From Balanoglossus misakiensis (taxonomy: Eukaryota; Animalia; Hemichordata), in assembly GCA_040954595.2 (NCBI GenBank), contig CM082591.2, positions 6,284,266 to 6,348,265 of the forward strand: a stretch of DNA of 64,000 nucleotides, in the 5' to 3' direction. Position numbers and translations under genes: made by a program. A model generated the notes under the pieces. It searched no databases and was not told the origin of the DNA. It saw only the letters and a program-made list of their open reading frames with translations. The first letter of the stretch is position 1. Every line of letters begins with the position of its first letter. This document shows positions 1-11,120 of the stretch, in pieces.

Positions 1-304
1 ATATAGATTTGACCGATGAACTTTTGACCTTTGACACGCATGGTTTTATGCTGACAAGCGGATTATTGGGTACATATGTAAGAACAAGAAAATACTTTTT
101 CTCACTGAACATAAAATATTTGAAATTCATTTTGCCAGTGGATTTGGTTTTATGGTTAGTTGACGTTACCGAATTACTTCTACACAGAATGCTTACATTT
201 ACCATGACATATGTATGATATTATCAATAAATAATGCATGTCACTTGCCAACTTAAAAAGTGTGTTTTGTTTATTTAAACCATGATCGTGACGTCACACT
301 ATTC

Positions 305-382
305 AATAATATAATATTTAAAGCCTAATCACTCCGCTCAAGAATATTGCCTATTGTTAAGGATTGGGGAGCTCGCATTGTT
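305..382. repeat. Split direct repeat B2 (copy of 689-766)
   Basis: AATAATATAATATTTAAAGCCTAATCACTCCGCTCAAG...GAGCTCGCATTGTT occurs at 305-382 and 689-766. Confidence 0.95.
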
Positions 383-569
383 GAAGGCATATCCTGAGTG
401 AAGTGCAGGCCAACAAACCAACGGAAAAAAAAGGGGGGGGGGCGGGCGGGTGGGAAAATTGCCCCTTACAACTAGTGCCTATCCGTCCAACATTCCCTTT
501 GGCCCTCTACCTTAAGGCCATTTCTTACCCCCTATCCTTCGTTATATTCCTTGTAGCTTCTGCCCTTCC

Positions 570-691
570 CTGTGCGAGGAAATGACACAGAGTCTTCTGC
601 CCTGTTCTTCTTTTATACCTTTGTCATTCTTATGAATATTAATGAGATAACACCTGGCGGAATATTATCGCTACGTGATTAGGTTTTGAAT
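570..691. repeat. Split direct repeat A2 (copy of 4240-4361)
   Basis: CTGTGCGAGGAAATGACACAGAG...GATTAGGTTTTGAAT occurs at 570-691 and 4240-4361. Confidence 0.95.
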
Positions 692-1282
692 AATATAATA
701 TTTAAAGCCTAATCACTCCGCTCAAGAATATTGCCTATTGTTAAGGATTGGGGAGCTCGCATTGTTTCCGGCTATCCCCACCTCAGTGAAGGTCCTACCA
801 GGTATCATAATTTCCCACACTCACACCTCTCATCTCCCAATCCTAACATACATTCCCCCTTACCTAAATATCCCCAAACCTCAATGACCTGGTCCCTGTC
901 TAGGGGCGCCCTCTATGTCCCCAGGAATATTGTTCTCTTACGCCAACTCCAATGTCGATTAAGTGCTGCAATTCCCATGCTGGGATGTTCAACTGGAAGG
1001 AACGATTCACACTATGATACCTCAAAAAAAAAAGCATTTATGACCGTTTTGACTTCTTTTTTTTAAGAGGGCACCCCCAGACAGGAACCTGCGAATGGCA
1101 GGGAGCCGAAAAGGCAAGGGCTTAAAGAGTCGCCCCCCTGTCTGAGGATCCGGGAATGTCAACAAAATACCACATTATTCAAAGAATAACACATCAAGTG
1201 ACTGGAATAACCGTAATGCGATTTACTCTTTATTGCTTTTAAGACACATGCTTACATCGAGTGACGTTTGAGTTACAACAAT

Positions 1283-3617
1283 TTATTTCTTTTGCTTACA
1301 ATCTCTAGCAAAATGGCCTTCGGCACCACAGACGAAACACTTGGAATTTTTGGGCTTCGGTGACCTAGATTAACTATATCTACCATAAGGGGAATACTGA
1401 CGATCAGGCTCCTTTGTATTACGAGTAAATTTTTCAACTTTAGCTGCAATTTCCTCCTCCTCCTTATTGCCCAAAAGTAACAAAATTAATTGGCCAGCAT
1501 CCTGACCAAACTCATTAGTTTCAAACTGGGCTAGCACGGCACGGTCAACAAGAACACGAAGAGCATTCAGCAGCTGTGGTCGTATGTTCCACTCTCCCGA
1601 CGTGGCAATCTCCATAACCTTTTGATGCGCGTCTGCTACAGAGTTGTTGTCTGCCATTTGCTGCAACTCATCCAACTTTTTCTGCATCACCTGCAGTTGT
1701 TGCTTCACCTGCAACAGAAAACACATTCTTACCAATTTGCATGGTACATATTGTTTCCCCCACATTATGTAACACGACCCACTTCGGGCTCTGTCTTTTG
1801 TGAAGCAAGTCTAAACCTCCAAGGTGTAGAACTAAGTACACCTATATTTTCCATACCTTTACGCCTTGACTCGCGTAAGGTTTAATTCTCACATACTTTA
1901 ACGCCTTGACTCGCGTAAAGTTTTTTTATGAATACCATTACGCCTTGACTCGCGTAAGGTGTAATTCTCATATACTTTAACGCCTTGACGCGCGTAAAAT
2001 TTTTTATGAATACCATTACGTCTTGACTCGCGTAAGGTGTAATTCTCACATACTTTAACGCCTTGACGCGCGTAAAGTTTTTTATGAATACCATTACGCC
2101 TTAACTCGCGTAAGGTGTACACTCTTAGTAATTCTCACATACTTTAACGCCTTGACTCGCGTACAGTTTTTTTTATGAATACCATTACGCCTTGACTCGC
2201 TTAAGGTGTAATTCTCACATTCTTTAACGCCTTGACTCGCGTAAAGTTTTTTATGAATACCATTACGCCTTGACTCGCGTAAGGTGTAATTCTCACATTC
2301 TTTAACGCCTTGACTCGCGTACAGTTTTTTTTATGAATACCATTACGCCTTGACTCGCGTAAGGTGTAATTCTCACATACTTTAACGCCTTGACGCGCGT
2401 AAAGTTTTTTATGAATACCATTACGCCTTGACTCGCGTAAGGTGTAATTCTCACATACTTTAACGCCTTGACTCGCGTAAAGTTTTTTTAGGAATACCAT
2501 TACGCCTTGACTCGCGTAAGGTGTAATTCTCACATACTTTAACGCCTTGACTCGCGTAAAGTTTTTTTATGAATACCATTACGCCTTGACTCGCGTAAGG
2601 TGTAATTCTCACATTCTTTAACGCCTTGACTCGCGTAGTTTTTTATGAATACCATTACGCCTTGACTCGCGTAAGGTGTAATTCTCACATACTTTAACGC
2701 CTTGACTCGCGTAATTTTTTTTTTTTTTTTTTATGAATACCATTACGCCTTGACTCGCGTAAGGTGTAATTCTCACATACTTTAACGCCTTGACTCGCGT
2801 AATTTTTTTTTTTTTTTATGAATACCATTACGCCTTGACTCGCGTAAGGTGTAATTCTCACATACTTTAACGCCTTGACTCGCGTAATTTTTTTTTTTTT
2901 TTTTTTTTATGAATACCATTACGCCTTGACTCGCTTAAGGTGTAATTCTCACATTCTTTAACGCCTTGACTCGCGTAAAGTTTTTTATGAATACCATTAC
3001 GCCTTGACTCGCGTAAGGTGTAATTCTCACATTCTTTAACGCCTTGACTCGCGTACAGTTTTTTTTATGAATACCATTACGCCTTGACTCGCGTAAGGTG
3101 TAATTCTCACATACTTTAACGCCTTGACGCGCGTAAAGTTTTTTATGACTACCATTACGCCTTGACTCGCGTAAGGTGTAATTCTCACATACTTTAACGC
3201 CTTGACTCGCGTAAAGTTTTTTTAGGAATACCATTACGCCTTGACTCGCGTAAGGTGTAATTCTCACATACTTTAACGCCTTGACTCGCGTAAAGTTTTT
3301 TTATGAATACCATTACGCCTTGACTCGCGTAAGGTGTAATTCTCACATTCTTTAACGCCTTGACTCGCGTAGTTTTTTATGAATACCATTACGCCTTGAC
3401 TCGCGTAAGGTGTAATTCTCACATACTTTAACGCCTTGACTCGCGTAATTTTTTTTTTTTTTTTTTATGAATACCATTACGCCTTGACTCGCGTAAGGTG
3501 TAATTCTCACATACTTTAACGCCTTGACTCGCGTAAAGTTTTTTTATGAATACCATTACGCCTTGACTCGCGTAAGGTGTAATTCTCACATACTTTAACG
3601 CCTTGACTCGCGTAAAG

Positions 3618-3648
<31 letters not shown>

Positions 3649-4212
3649 AATACCATTACGCCTTGACTCGCGTAAGGTGTAATTCTCACATACTTTAACG
3701 CCTTGACTCGCGTAAAGTTTCGTATACAAGCCTTAACTCCATTTACCTTGTCTCCCACACCTGGTCGCCCACAAAGACAAATAAAACGATTAGCATACTA
3801 AGTAGGTCTTCAAAGTAAAAGGACTTGTAGGTGGCAACCACCAATATCATCTACACGAGACTATGAAGTTTCCAAGCTCATAGAAATGCCACGACGAAGA
3901 CAACAAGGAATAAAACCGACCTGCACCAAAAGTAACTCTGGGCTGCAAACAGAACGCACCTGTATGTCATGATGTTGACTATCTTGAGCCTCCGAAGGGG
4001 CTTCCAAAGGCTGAATAGCTTGTTCACCACTTGTATTTGCAGTAGTTGACCCCGTCGAAAGACTGGCAGGTAGGTGACGTTCTGGTCTGGCAGGTCTATC
4101 AGGACGATGGGCGTCCACAAAAGCTTGTGCGATATCAGAATCAGTGGCCGCTCCCCGAGTTGGCTGCTTTGGAAGTGGTTTTCTGAGCAGCTACGTCTTG
4201 TCTCGAAGCCAT
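1283..4212 (-). pseudogene. Disrupted two-exon gag-like gene (coiled coil plus CCHC zinc knuckle)
   Basis: Exon 1 runs ~4212-3960: ATG at 4212, a frameshift is needed near 4150, and it ends ...DSQHHDIQ at CAG|GTGCGT. Exon 2 runs 1708-1283 after TTTTCTGTTGCAG; both junctions are phase 0. Exon 2 reads VKQQLQVMQKKLDELQQ...YGRYS, then an in-frame TAA (1372-1370), then SRSPKPKNSKCFVCGAEGHFARDCKQKK* (C-x2-C-x4-H-x4-C). Confidence 0.75.
1855..3720. repeat. Tandem array, ~77-bp dimeric unit (~24 units) with palindromic cores
   Basis: Unit is approximately ACCATTACGCCTTGACTCGCGTAAGGTGTAATTCTCACATACTTTAACGCCTTGACTCGCGTAAAG(T)nATGAAT. It has two copies of the core ACGCCTTGACTCGCGTAA per unit and a variable poly-T tract. 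Confidence 0.95.
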
Positions 4213-6932
4213 GTTCTATACCGGTGGAGACTGCCCTGACTGTGCGAGGAAATGACACAGAGTCTTCTGCCCTGTTCTTCTTTTATACCTTTGTCATTCT
4301 TATGAATATTAATGAGATAACACCTGGCGGAATATTATCGCTACGTGATTAGGTTTTGAATAGACAAGTCATTCACTGAGAGAACCTCCGTCTCACACAA
4401 AACCACAGGTTGAAAACCAAGTCCCGGGTAGTTCTAGAACTACCTCCGGGGGTTCTAGAACTACCGCAGGACTCAGTCTCACCTGTCGTAACGAAAATAC
4501 AAATACACAATTTATTTGCATAATTACATGTACTTCTATACCTGTGTTCAAAGCAGATTTCATTTGGATAGATTAATTGTTATGTTAATTGAAAGCGAAC
4601 TGGATATGTGACAGTCTCCGGATCATTTCATTCAATGCTTCACATTCACAGTTTTGTCTACTGACGTACAAAGCTAATGACTTGTCTTGGTGGCTCTCGA
4701 GAGTCTTCATAACATGATAAAGTATAAAATAGACAAAAAATCAATTCACTAGAAACAAACTAACGTTGCAATAAATTCACTACAAATTTCTAGAAAATTA
4801 TATTAAATCACATTATCCCCAGATTTGCTTGTACTGTATTACTCTAATCCGATTCTTCACTTCGATTTTGCTTCACTACCGACATGTAACAAGGTTGGCT
4901 GTTTTACTATTTAACAAAACCCGCGTACCTTGCAAAATTCTGCTTACTTTTTGTTGCTGTTCACCAGATGTGCGTTTGTAATGTCGGACGGCTTCACTTC
5001 GGTATCAAGTCTTTTCGCAGATGAGTTACTCACCAATATCGCTACCATACAGACGCGTTGCCGCTGTGGCTCGTAGAGAGTGGTTCGTTCAAAAGCCGGG
5101 GAGGCCAATACACAGACGGGGAGTAGTACCATGTAGAGCATTGTGACCCAGTTTTTGCTTTGCCAACATGCAGCCGCTTGTTTTCGCAGATGATATAGAT
5201 CGGAACTATCTTCAGATAGATTTCATGGACATTTGAAGAATAATAAACTAAAAACGTGACACTTAGGCCTACTGCATTTGGCCTAGAAAAATTTCGCGTA
5301 AGCTTACCATGTGCACGCAAAACCCCAATAGCTATAACCCTTCCCAAAATACACTACGTAACACACCTGTAAAGTTTAATTTGATGCAAATTGAAGTTTG
5401 AAATTAGCATATCACTCCGACACGTAAGCATGAACATTTAGAGTAACACCTGTCAAGCGTGGGCGATCTTGTAAGGCCCAGCAGGGCGGTCTAGAACTAC
5501 CTGCACACGACATGATTCATTTAATAGGAAGAGGGGTGGCCAACCAAATTTCACAGTCAGCAATGAAGAATAAGCCTCCTTTGATACAATTTTGTTCGTT
5601 CATTTATTGAATCGTTGTGTAAAACGACGTCTTTATGGTACACAAAGCTCCAATAGGGATAATGTCTGTGGGGGATCGTGGTTTAAGTTAGAGAATCACC
5701 TCCCCCTCGGTGGTTCTTGGTTTCCGATTCGAAACCAAGAACCACCTCTGGGTCGGTGGTTCTCTATTACGGACCAAATAATAAACTCGTGACCAAAACA
5801 CTCTGCTTGGTGAAGTAATCTTTAAAGGACCAGAAGGTGAAATGTTGGACTTTTCACGCAGGCTTTTCACGTTACGTGACCTTATGCTTTGTGCTTCATT
5901 CCATTCACTTGTTCATGGTCAAAGGGCTCTCTACATGAAAATTAAACTTTGCACACTAAGTCAATGGCCTCTGCGCTCAACTATTTACAAATTCTAACGC
6001 ATAAGATTTCTAGAGTATACCAGTATAAGTTATTTCAAAAATTAAAATACTTGTGTCCCGGAGCTTACAAACTTACTGAATACGTCTTTACCCATTGCAT
6101 ACCACTGTCTGTCCACACTAATGTGGTGTATGTACACGTTATGTCTGTGGTACACGTACAGTCGCAAACTTTACAAAATACACAGCTTTAGATAACAACC
6201 GTTGCCGTGGTGACGCAGAGTTCAGCAGACGGCAAAATATTAACTACAGTTCGGTCACATATGAACGAACTGGCCAAAGGTCGTGTGCCTGTGGCCAATG
6301 TTCAAAGTCAGCGATGACTGGTGTTATATGTTGAGTCTTTGCCGTCGAATTTACCCTCGCTTAACTTCTGTGCGTCACCTTAGGGAAGAATCGAGCAGAC
6401 GACACCTCGAGAGCTAACAAAAACTCCAATTTTTGAAGGTATAGTACGTTTGTGACGATGTAGACTGATATGACGCTAGCTCCCACCACTATGTTAAAAC
6501 GACAAAACGATATGCGCCCACGCCAACACAGTATTAGGTCAATATGGTGAATAATCATTATACGCGGTTTTAAAGTTCAAACTCCATCGAGTATAGATTA
6601 CAGCACAGGTGGTGATTGTATGTAGTGAAGGAACAACACGTTTCTTGTACACTGTATTATAAATACTATTTGCTACCCACTGGTCAACCTAGTCTGTGTT
6701 GGCCGATGTATTTCACTAACATGGAGTATTGGAAGTGAAGATTAATACGACAAATTCCTAGATCCTGCTATCGAATCATACACATAGAAATGTCGTGTAG
6801 CCTATGTCTGAGATAGTATTACCATAAGTCTAGATCTAGTGTACGGTAATTCTGAAGTATGAAGCGTTCTGCAAGTCAGCTTAATTTATTTTGTTCGTAT
6901 TTGAGGTTAAATACAAAATATTACATATCAAT

Positions 6933-7048
6933 CTCTCTCTGTCTCTATCTTTGTCTCTCTCTCTGTCTCTCTCTCTTTCTGTCTCTCTCTCTTTCTGTCT
7001 CTCTCTCCCCCTCTCTCTCCATCCCTCTCTCTCCATCTCCCTCCCCCC
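6933..7048. repeat. (CT)n/pyrimidine microsatellite
   Basis: TCTCTCTCTG runs directly upstream of the TMEM86 splice acceptor. Confidence 0.9.
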
Positions 7049-7053
7049 TGCAG

Positions 7054-7836
7054 ATGTTTGTGGAACATTTATTAAAGACGGTGCCGTTCCTCTTCTCGGT
7101 AACCCTCTACTTCCGCTTGAAGACTTCCGACACGTACGTCGCAACCGAAGAAGTTGAGATACTGATAAAACTGCTGCCGGTCATCTCACTGATGGCGTTC
7201 ATTTTGCTCCATTTCAAAATGAAGGGGAATTTCTCCAGATACTCCTTGGGAATTTTGCTGGGGTTAATTTTCTCTGCCATTGGGGATTACTTTCTCATAA
7301 GAATGATGTTATCAGAGAGTCGGTTCATGAAGGGCGTGGTTGCCTTTGCCGTCGCGCAGTTGATCTACGCGCTGACGTTTGGTTTCAAGCCGTTCAGTGC
7401 GGGCATCTTTCTTGGTTGTATAATGAACGGAGCGGTATTATACAGCTACCTGCGCCCCGGACTAAAGGGCGCCCTCGTGTACCTGATCGGCGTCTACGTC
7501 ACACTGATCCACTACATGGCGTGGAGGGCGTTCGCGCGGGTGCGCGGCCTCTTCGACGGTAGATGGACTTGGGGCCAGATCTCCTGCGCGTTGGGATCCA
7601 TAATCTTCATCACCTCCGACTTCCTCATCGGCTGCAGTTTCTTCAGGAAAGACATTGAAATTCCTAACAAGGAGATCTTGATCATGGCCACCTACTACGC
7701 GGCGCAGTTCGGGATCACCGTGTCCGTGACCGACTTTCCGGAGGAAGAAGATGCAGGCGAGAAAAAAGAAACCCAAGATCATGAAAAAAAGAAAAAGAAA
7801 CGAAGTAAAGGTGGCAGCAAGAAGAAACAATCATAG
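7054..7836 (+). CDS. TMEM86: Lysoplasmalogenase, TMEM86/YhhN family (copy 1), ~260 aa in one coding exon
   Basis: Starts at CTGCAG|ATG. Motifs VPF..YF, LIKLLP, GLIFSAIGDYFL, YALTFGFKP, LIGVYVTLIHYMAWRA, GSIIFITSD and IMATYYAAQ match vertebrate TMEM86A. Lys-rich tail ends KKQS. An upstream coding exon cannot be excluded. Confidence 0.92.
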   Translation: MFVEHLLKTVPFLFSVTLYFRLKTSDTYVATEEVEILIKLLPVISLMAFILLHFKMKGNFSRYSLGILLGLIFSAIGDYFLIRMMLSESRFMKGVVAFAVAQLIYALTFGFKPFSAGIFLGCIMNGAVLYSYLRPGLKGALVYLIGVYVTLIHYMAWRAFARVRGLFDGRWTWGQISCALGSIIFITSDFLIGCSFFRKDIEIPNKEILIMATYYAAQFGITVSVTDFPEEEDAGEKKETQDHEKKKKKRSKGGSKKKQS

Positions 7837-8964
7837 AAAAGAAAAGAAATGAATGTAACTGACATAAACTTTTCATCGCTTTACATGTCATTCTTCAGAG
7901 TTTCAAATTTGCATGTTCTATCTCAAAAGATGGGCATATATTTTCTTTCTTTCTTTCTTTTGAACAATGACTACTGGTTTCAATATTTCAATAAAAATGT
8001 TATCAATTGTTGCTACCCTTTTCTGAATATTTGTATCCAGACCATGCATATTCTACCACCTGATTGTAAAACATGGGACATGGAGGGAAAACAGTATAGG
8101 CCTACCTATATGTAGTGTGCTGTGTTGTGTTGTGCGCATTCACACTTGTATCAAGAATTCCGTCCTGTTCACCAGATGATGTCTATACCTATATTCTCCA
8201 ATCACCCACACAATTTACAACTCGCCCGAGCCGTGTGCCCGTCTGCGAGTAACAGAAAAGTAAAAAACCTCCCGTTTTTACGTTCGCATGTTGTATAGCT
8301 GATGAGTGACCAAACTAGAAGCGAACATAGATACAGTGCAGGAGCATATTTTAAAACACGTGTCGATGTGATATACTTAAAATATTTGCTAAAATTAACC
8401 CTAGTTAAAAATCGATCGACGTCCGAAGGGCTGAACGCGGCCATCTTTGAATAAAAGGGCGACTGTCGTCTTTCGTGTGTATAAATATTACGTCCAATCC
8501 AAATTTTCTACAAATTTTGCATTCGACCCATTCATGTAGTAGACTGGCTTCGCTTCCTTTCATATTTTATGTGCACCGTTTAAGTAGACTTTAGTTTTGT
8601 CCCTTCTTTCCACCGAATTTGCTGTCTTTTCCCGATCTTCCACGCAGACTATGGTCACCGCCATCTTGTCTCTTGAATATATGTATTCATAAGCTTGGGT
8701 GCAGAGGAAATAAGTCACCCATGTTGGCTGTTCTGTTAATATGTGCACTTTCACACCGACGCATTCAGTGAGTGTCTCAAGAACTCAATCTGGTTCATCA
8801 GATGATACCGATACTGACATGCTGCAATCACCATACCAATGTACATGTATTCGCTTTTCTGTATAATTTTATTAATACTGTATCACCATTTGCCCCTGAG
8901 CTATACAATGTTACACTGCAATCAAACCCAAGCAAAACTGCAAATGTTTTTAATCTCCACTGCT

Positions 8965-10935
8965 CTAGACTATATCTTCAAAGCCAGGCTTGGGTTGAAA
9001 CTTGCAATAGTAATACTGGGCATCTCCATGGCCTTCATAGGAACAATAATCAAGCTCTACAGAGAAAGTGACGTTTCCAGGTGGGTTCCAGTAGAGTTCT
9101 CCGGAGAGTCTCTCCGGACACGTCTGCAATAGAGAAAGGAAGTAATCATGTACTTCAATATTAAAGACCCTATAGCTGCCAAATTTCACACTTTTTTCCA
9201 CAATAAAAAACTTCTGAAAATATATTCCCTATCCTCTAAAATCTTCACCATTAAGCCATATTACTTCCATTTGCATCAGTTTGTCATCTCTTGGCGACGC
9301 ATACCACGATAGCTGCGTACTGTTTGTATGGAGGCTGATTAAATTGGTGTGGCACCTGTTTAATACATAGCGTGTTCAAATTGCAACATGCAGGCACAAT
9401 CGGGCGTCGATTAGGTGTTCGTGTATGTATACCTATATCAGTGTAAAGCTTATTTAGATGGACCAATTTAAGTTGGGAAATAAAATCATGAAAATAATGC
9501 AAAATTCAGTTGGCAGCTCTAGAGGCTTTAATGTCAGGATATCACAAATACAATGTAATACAATTATACTGTTACGACACACCCTGTTTAGTTGCTTGGT
9601 CGAGAGAGGGGTTACCGTAGCTTTTCTTTGCATAACAAAGGGCCCTGCCTTTTCAACTAGTTCATTTAAATATTAGTTAACCAGATGGTCACCCATATGA
9701 AAGGCCTTCTCACAAAAACCACGAGGAACACTTCTCAACACTGACTGGGAGGAGCACGTCACTACACATCGCCTTGGGAATTAGGAATTTACCTAGCTGG
9801 TCTGGACTCTGTGAGCAACCATAGACCCTAGAGGTCTAAGGAGCAACGGACTTTGTGTGAGCAACGACTTCTGTGCCTTGGTGAAGCTTGAGTTCGGCCA
9901 GGACTTTTGTGGACTCAATAATAACTCCTCGACCAAGCAGGGTAAAAACACATAGAACATTTTTTTTCTGTGAGACCTTTTGATTTTAGAAAGCTAGTTG
10001 TTCAATTAAATATTCTGTTGTTGAACTACAGACTCCATTGTGTGCTCCCGGTTTTTTCTACCGTAGCAATACCAAACGAGTTAAGCAAAGATGGCGCTGC
10101 AAGTATATGATAAATGTCCATGGTGAACTTACCATCGGATCGCACATCCCTCGGACTATGTTGCCATGATAGAATTCAGATGTACAATTTAAGCACTCGT
10201 TAACCATTTCACCCGGAAGCTTACTCCCCTGTAAAATGCACATATTGAGATAACTGTGGAGTGATGTTGTAAATTTGAGTTTCTTTACAATAGCAAGTTG
10301 ATTCTGCTACACTTTTTCGTCGAATATTGTTTAGAAGAAAAATATTGCAAAATTATACTTATAATTCTTAGAAATTAAAACCTAAGTTTTCTTCAAACTC
10401 AAGGTTAGTTTTACTGGTTCTATGCGTTATTTTATGAGTGGTGCGGGGATTTTTCTGCGGCGGTACTTTCACGAGCGCAGCGAGTAAAATCAGCAGTACA
10501 TATAAAATAATAGCTACGATACCACTTCTGGACGTTGTTATTGCATTGGGCGCTCAGAGCGACCTGGGAAGAAATTGTTCTTGCACACAAGCAATAGGCT
10601 ACCCTAGGATGCCCTTTCGAACTTACTAGATCTACAGTGTCCACTTTATCAACGGAAACAGCGCTGGCTCTAAGCGATTTCGTCGGACCGATGTATGATC
10701 CCACAGCCAAATACACGTGGAAGATTTTGACTGGGGTTTCGTCTTTGATCACGTCAGACAGCGACATTAATTCATCGAAACACTCCACGTTTTGAGTAAT
10801 AAATCCGTTCCATATGACGTAATCGTATAAGTCGTAGGATGCAGACATGCACACCCAAGGTTTTGAGTGAAATGGGTGTTCTTCATTACATCTGACCAGT
10901 CCAAAAATAGCAAGTAGTACCACAATTAGTTTCAT
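8965..10935 (-). CDS. Orphan secreted Cys-rich protein, copy 1 (3 exons, 187 aa)
   Basis: Exons 10935-10627, 10228-10133 and 9123-8965 have canonical GT-AG sites, all phase 0. Signal peptide MKLIVVLLAIFGLVRC. A paralog lies at 11788-12821. Confidence 0.85.
9165..9527 (+). mobile_element. TTAA-flanked non-autonomous DNA transposon, Kolobok-like (family K1)
   Basis: TTAA|AGACCCTATAGCTGCC...GGCAGCTCTAGAGGCT|TTAA. An inverted copy lies at 28960-29303 and a partial copy at ~33736-33880. RR...YY termini with a TTAA TSD are typical of Kolobok. Confidence 0.8.
9820..9840. mobile_element. 21-bp palindromic insertion with 7-bp direct flanks
   Basis: GAGCAAC|CATAGACCCTAGAGGTCTAAG|GAGCAAC. Confidence 0.5.
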
Positions 10936-11120
10936 TGTCACAAGTTACCTGCAAAATATATATATTTTTTTTTTTTTTGCATCAGTTGACTGAATTCGGA
11001 CGAGCGTGTGCTCAAAACACACTTTAGCTGCTATCTTACGTAGTACTTCTCCGAGATCTCTTGGAGTTCGAAGATCTCTGCCTTGTGGAGAACACAATAC
11101 CCACACAAACGATTTCTTAT

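Larger units (their letters stand above)
305..4361 (-). mobile_element. Non-autonomous tyrosine-recombinase retrotransposon (DIRS order, Ngaro/PAT-type split direct repeats)
   Basis: On the minus strand the repeat order is A1 (4361-4240), internal region, B1 (766-689), A2 (691-570), spacer, B2 (382-305). The A copies (122 bp) and B copies (78 bp) look identical by eye. The same AAT occurs at both ends and at the internal B/A junction. A gag-like region with a CCHC knuckle is present. No RT, RNase H or YR ORF is visible. Confidence 0.85.

Noticed and set aside
900-1175. Possible small second ORF of the retroelement on the minus strand (MWYF..FPDPQTGGRLFKPLPFR...IPAWELQHLIDIGVG...)
   Set aside because: Needs at least two frameshifts and shows no recognisable RT or YR motif; cannot be supported without sibling copies.
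1855-3720. CRISPR array
   Set aside because: The spacers are two alternating constant sequences rather than unique ones, there are no cas genes, and the context is eukaryotic.
1882-3758. Repetitive ORFs (MRITPYASQGV...)
   Set aside because: Translations of the tandem array, broken by variable poly-T tracts.
4944-5347. Minus-strand ORFs with a GTGAGT donor near 5030
   Set aside because: No recognisable protein and no downstream exon could be linked.
6859-7053. N-terminal extension of the 325-aa TMEM86 ORF
   Set aside because: It is the intronic CT microsatellite ending in a splice acceptor; the same applies to 15548-15619 and 30687-30731.
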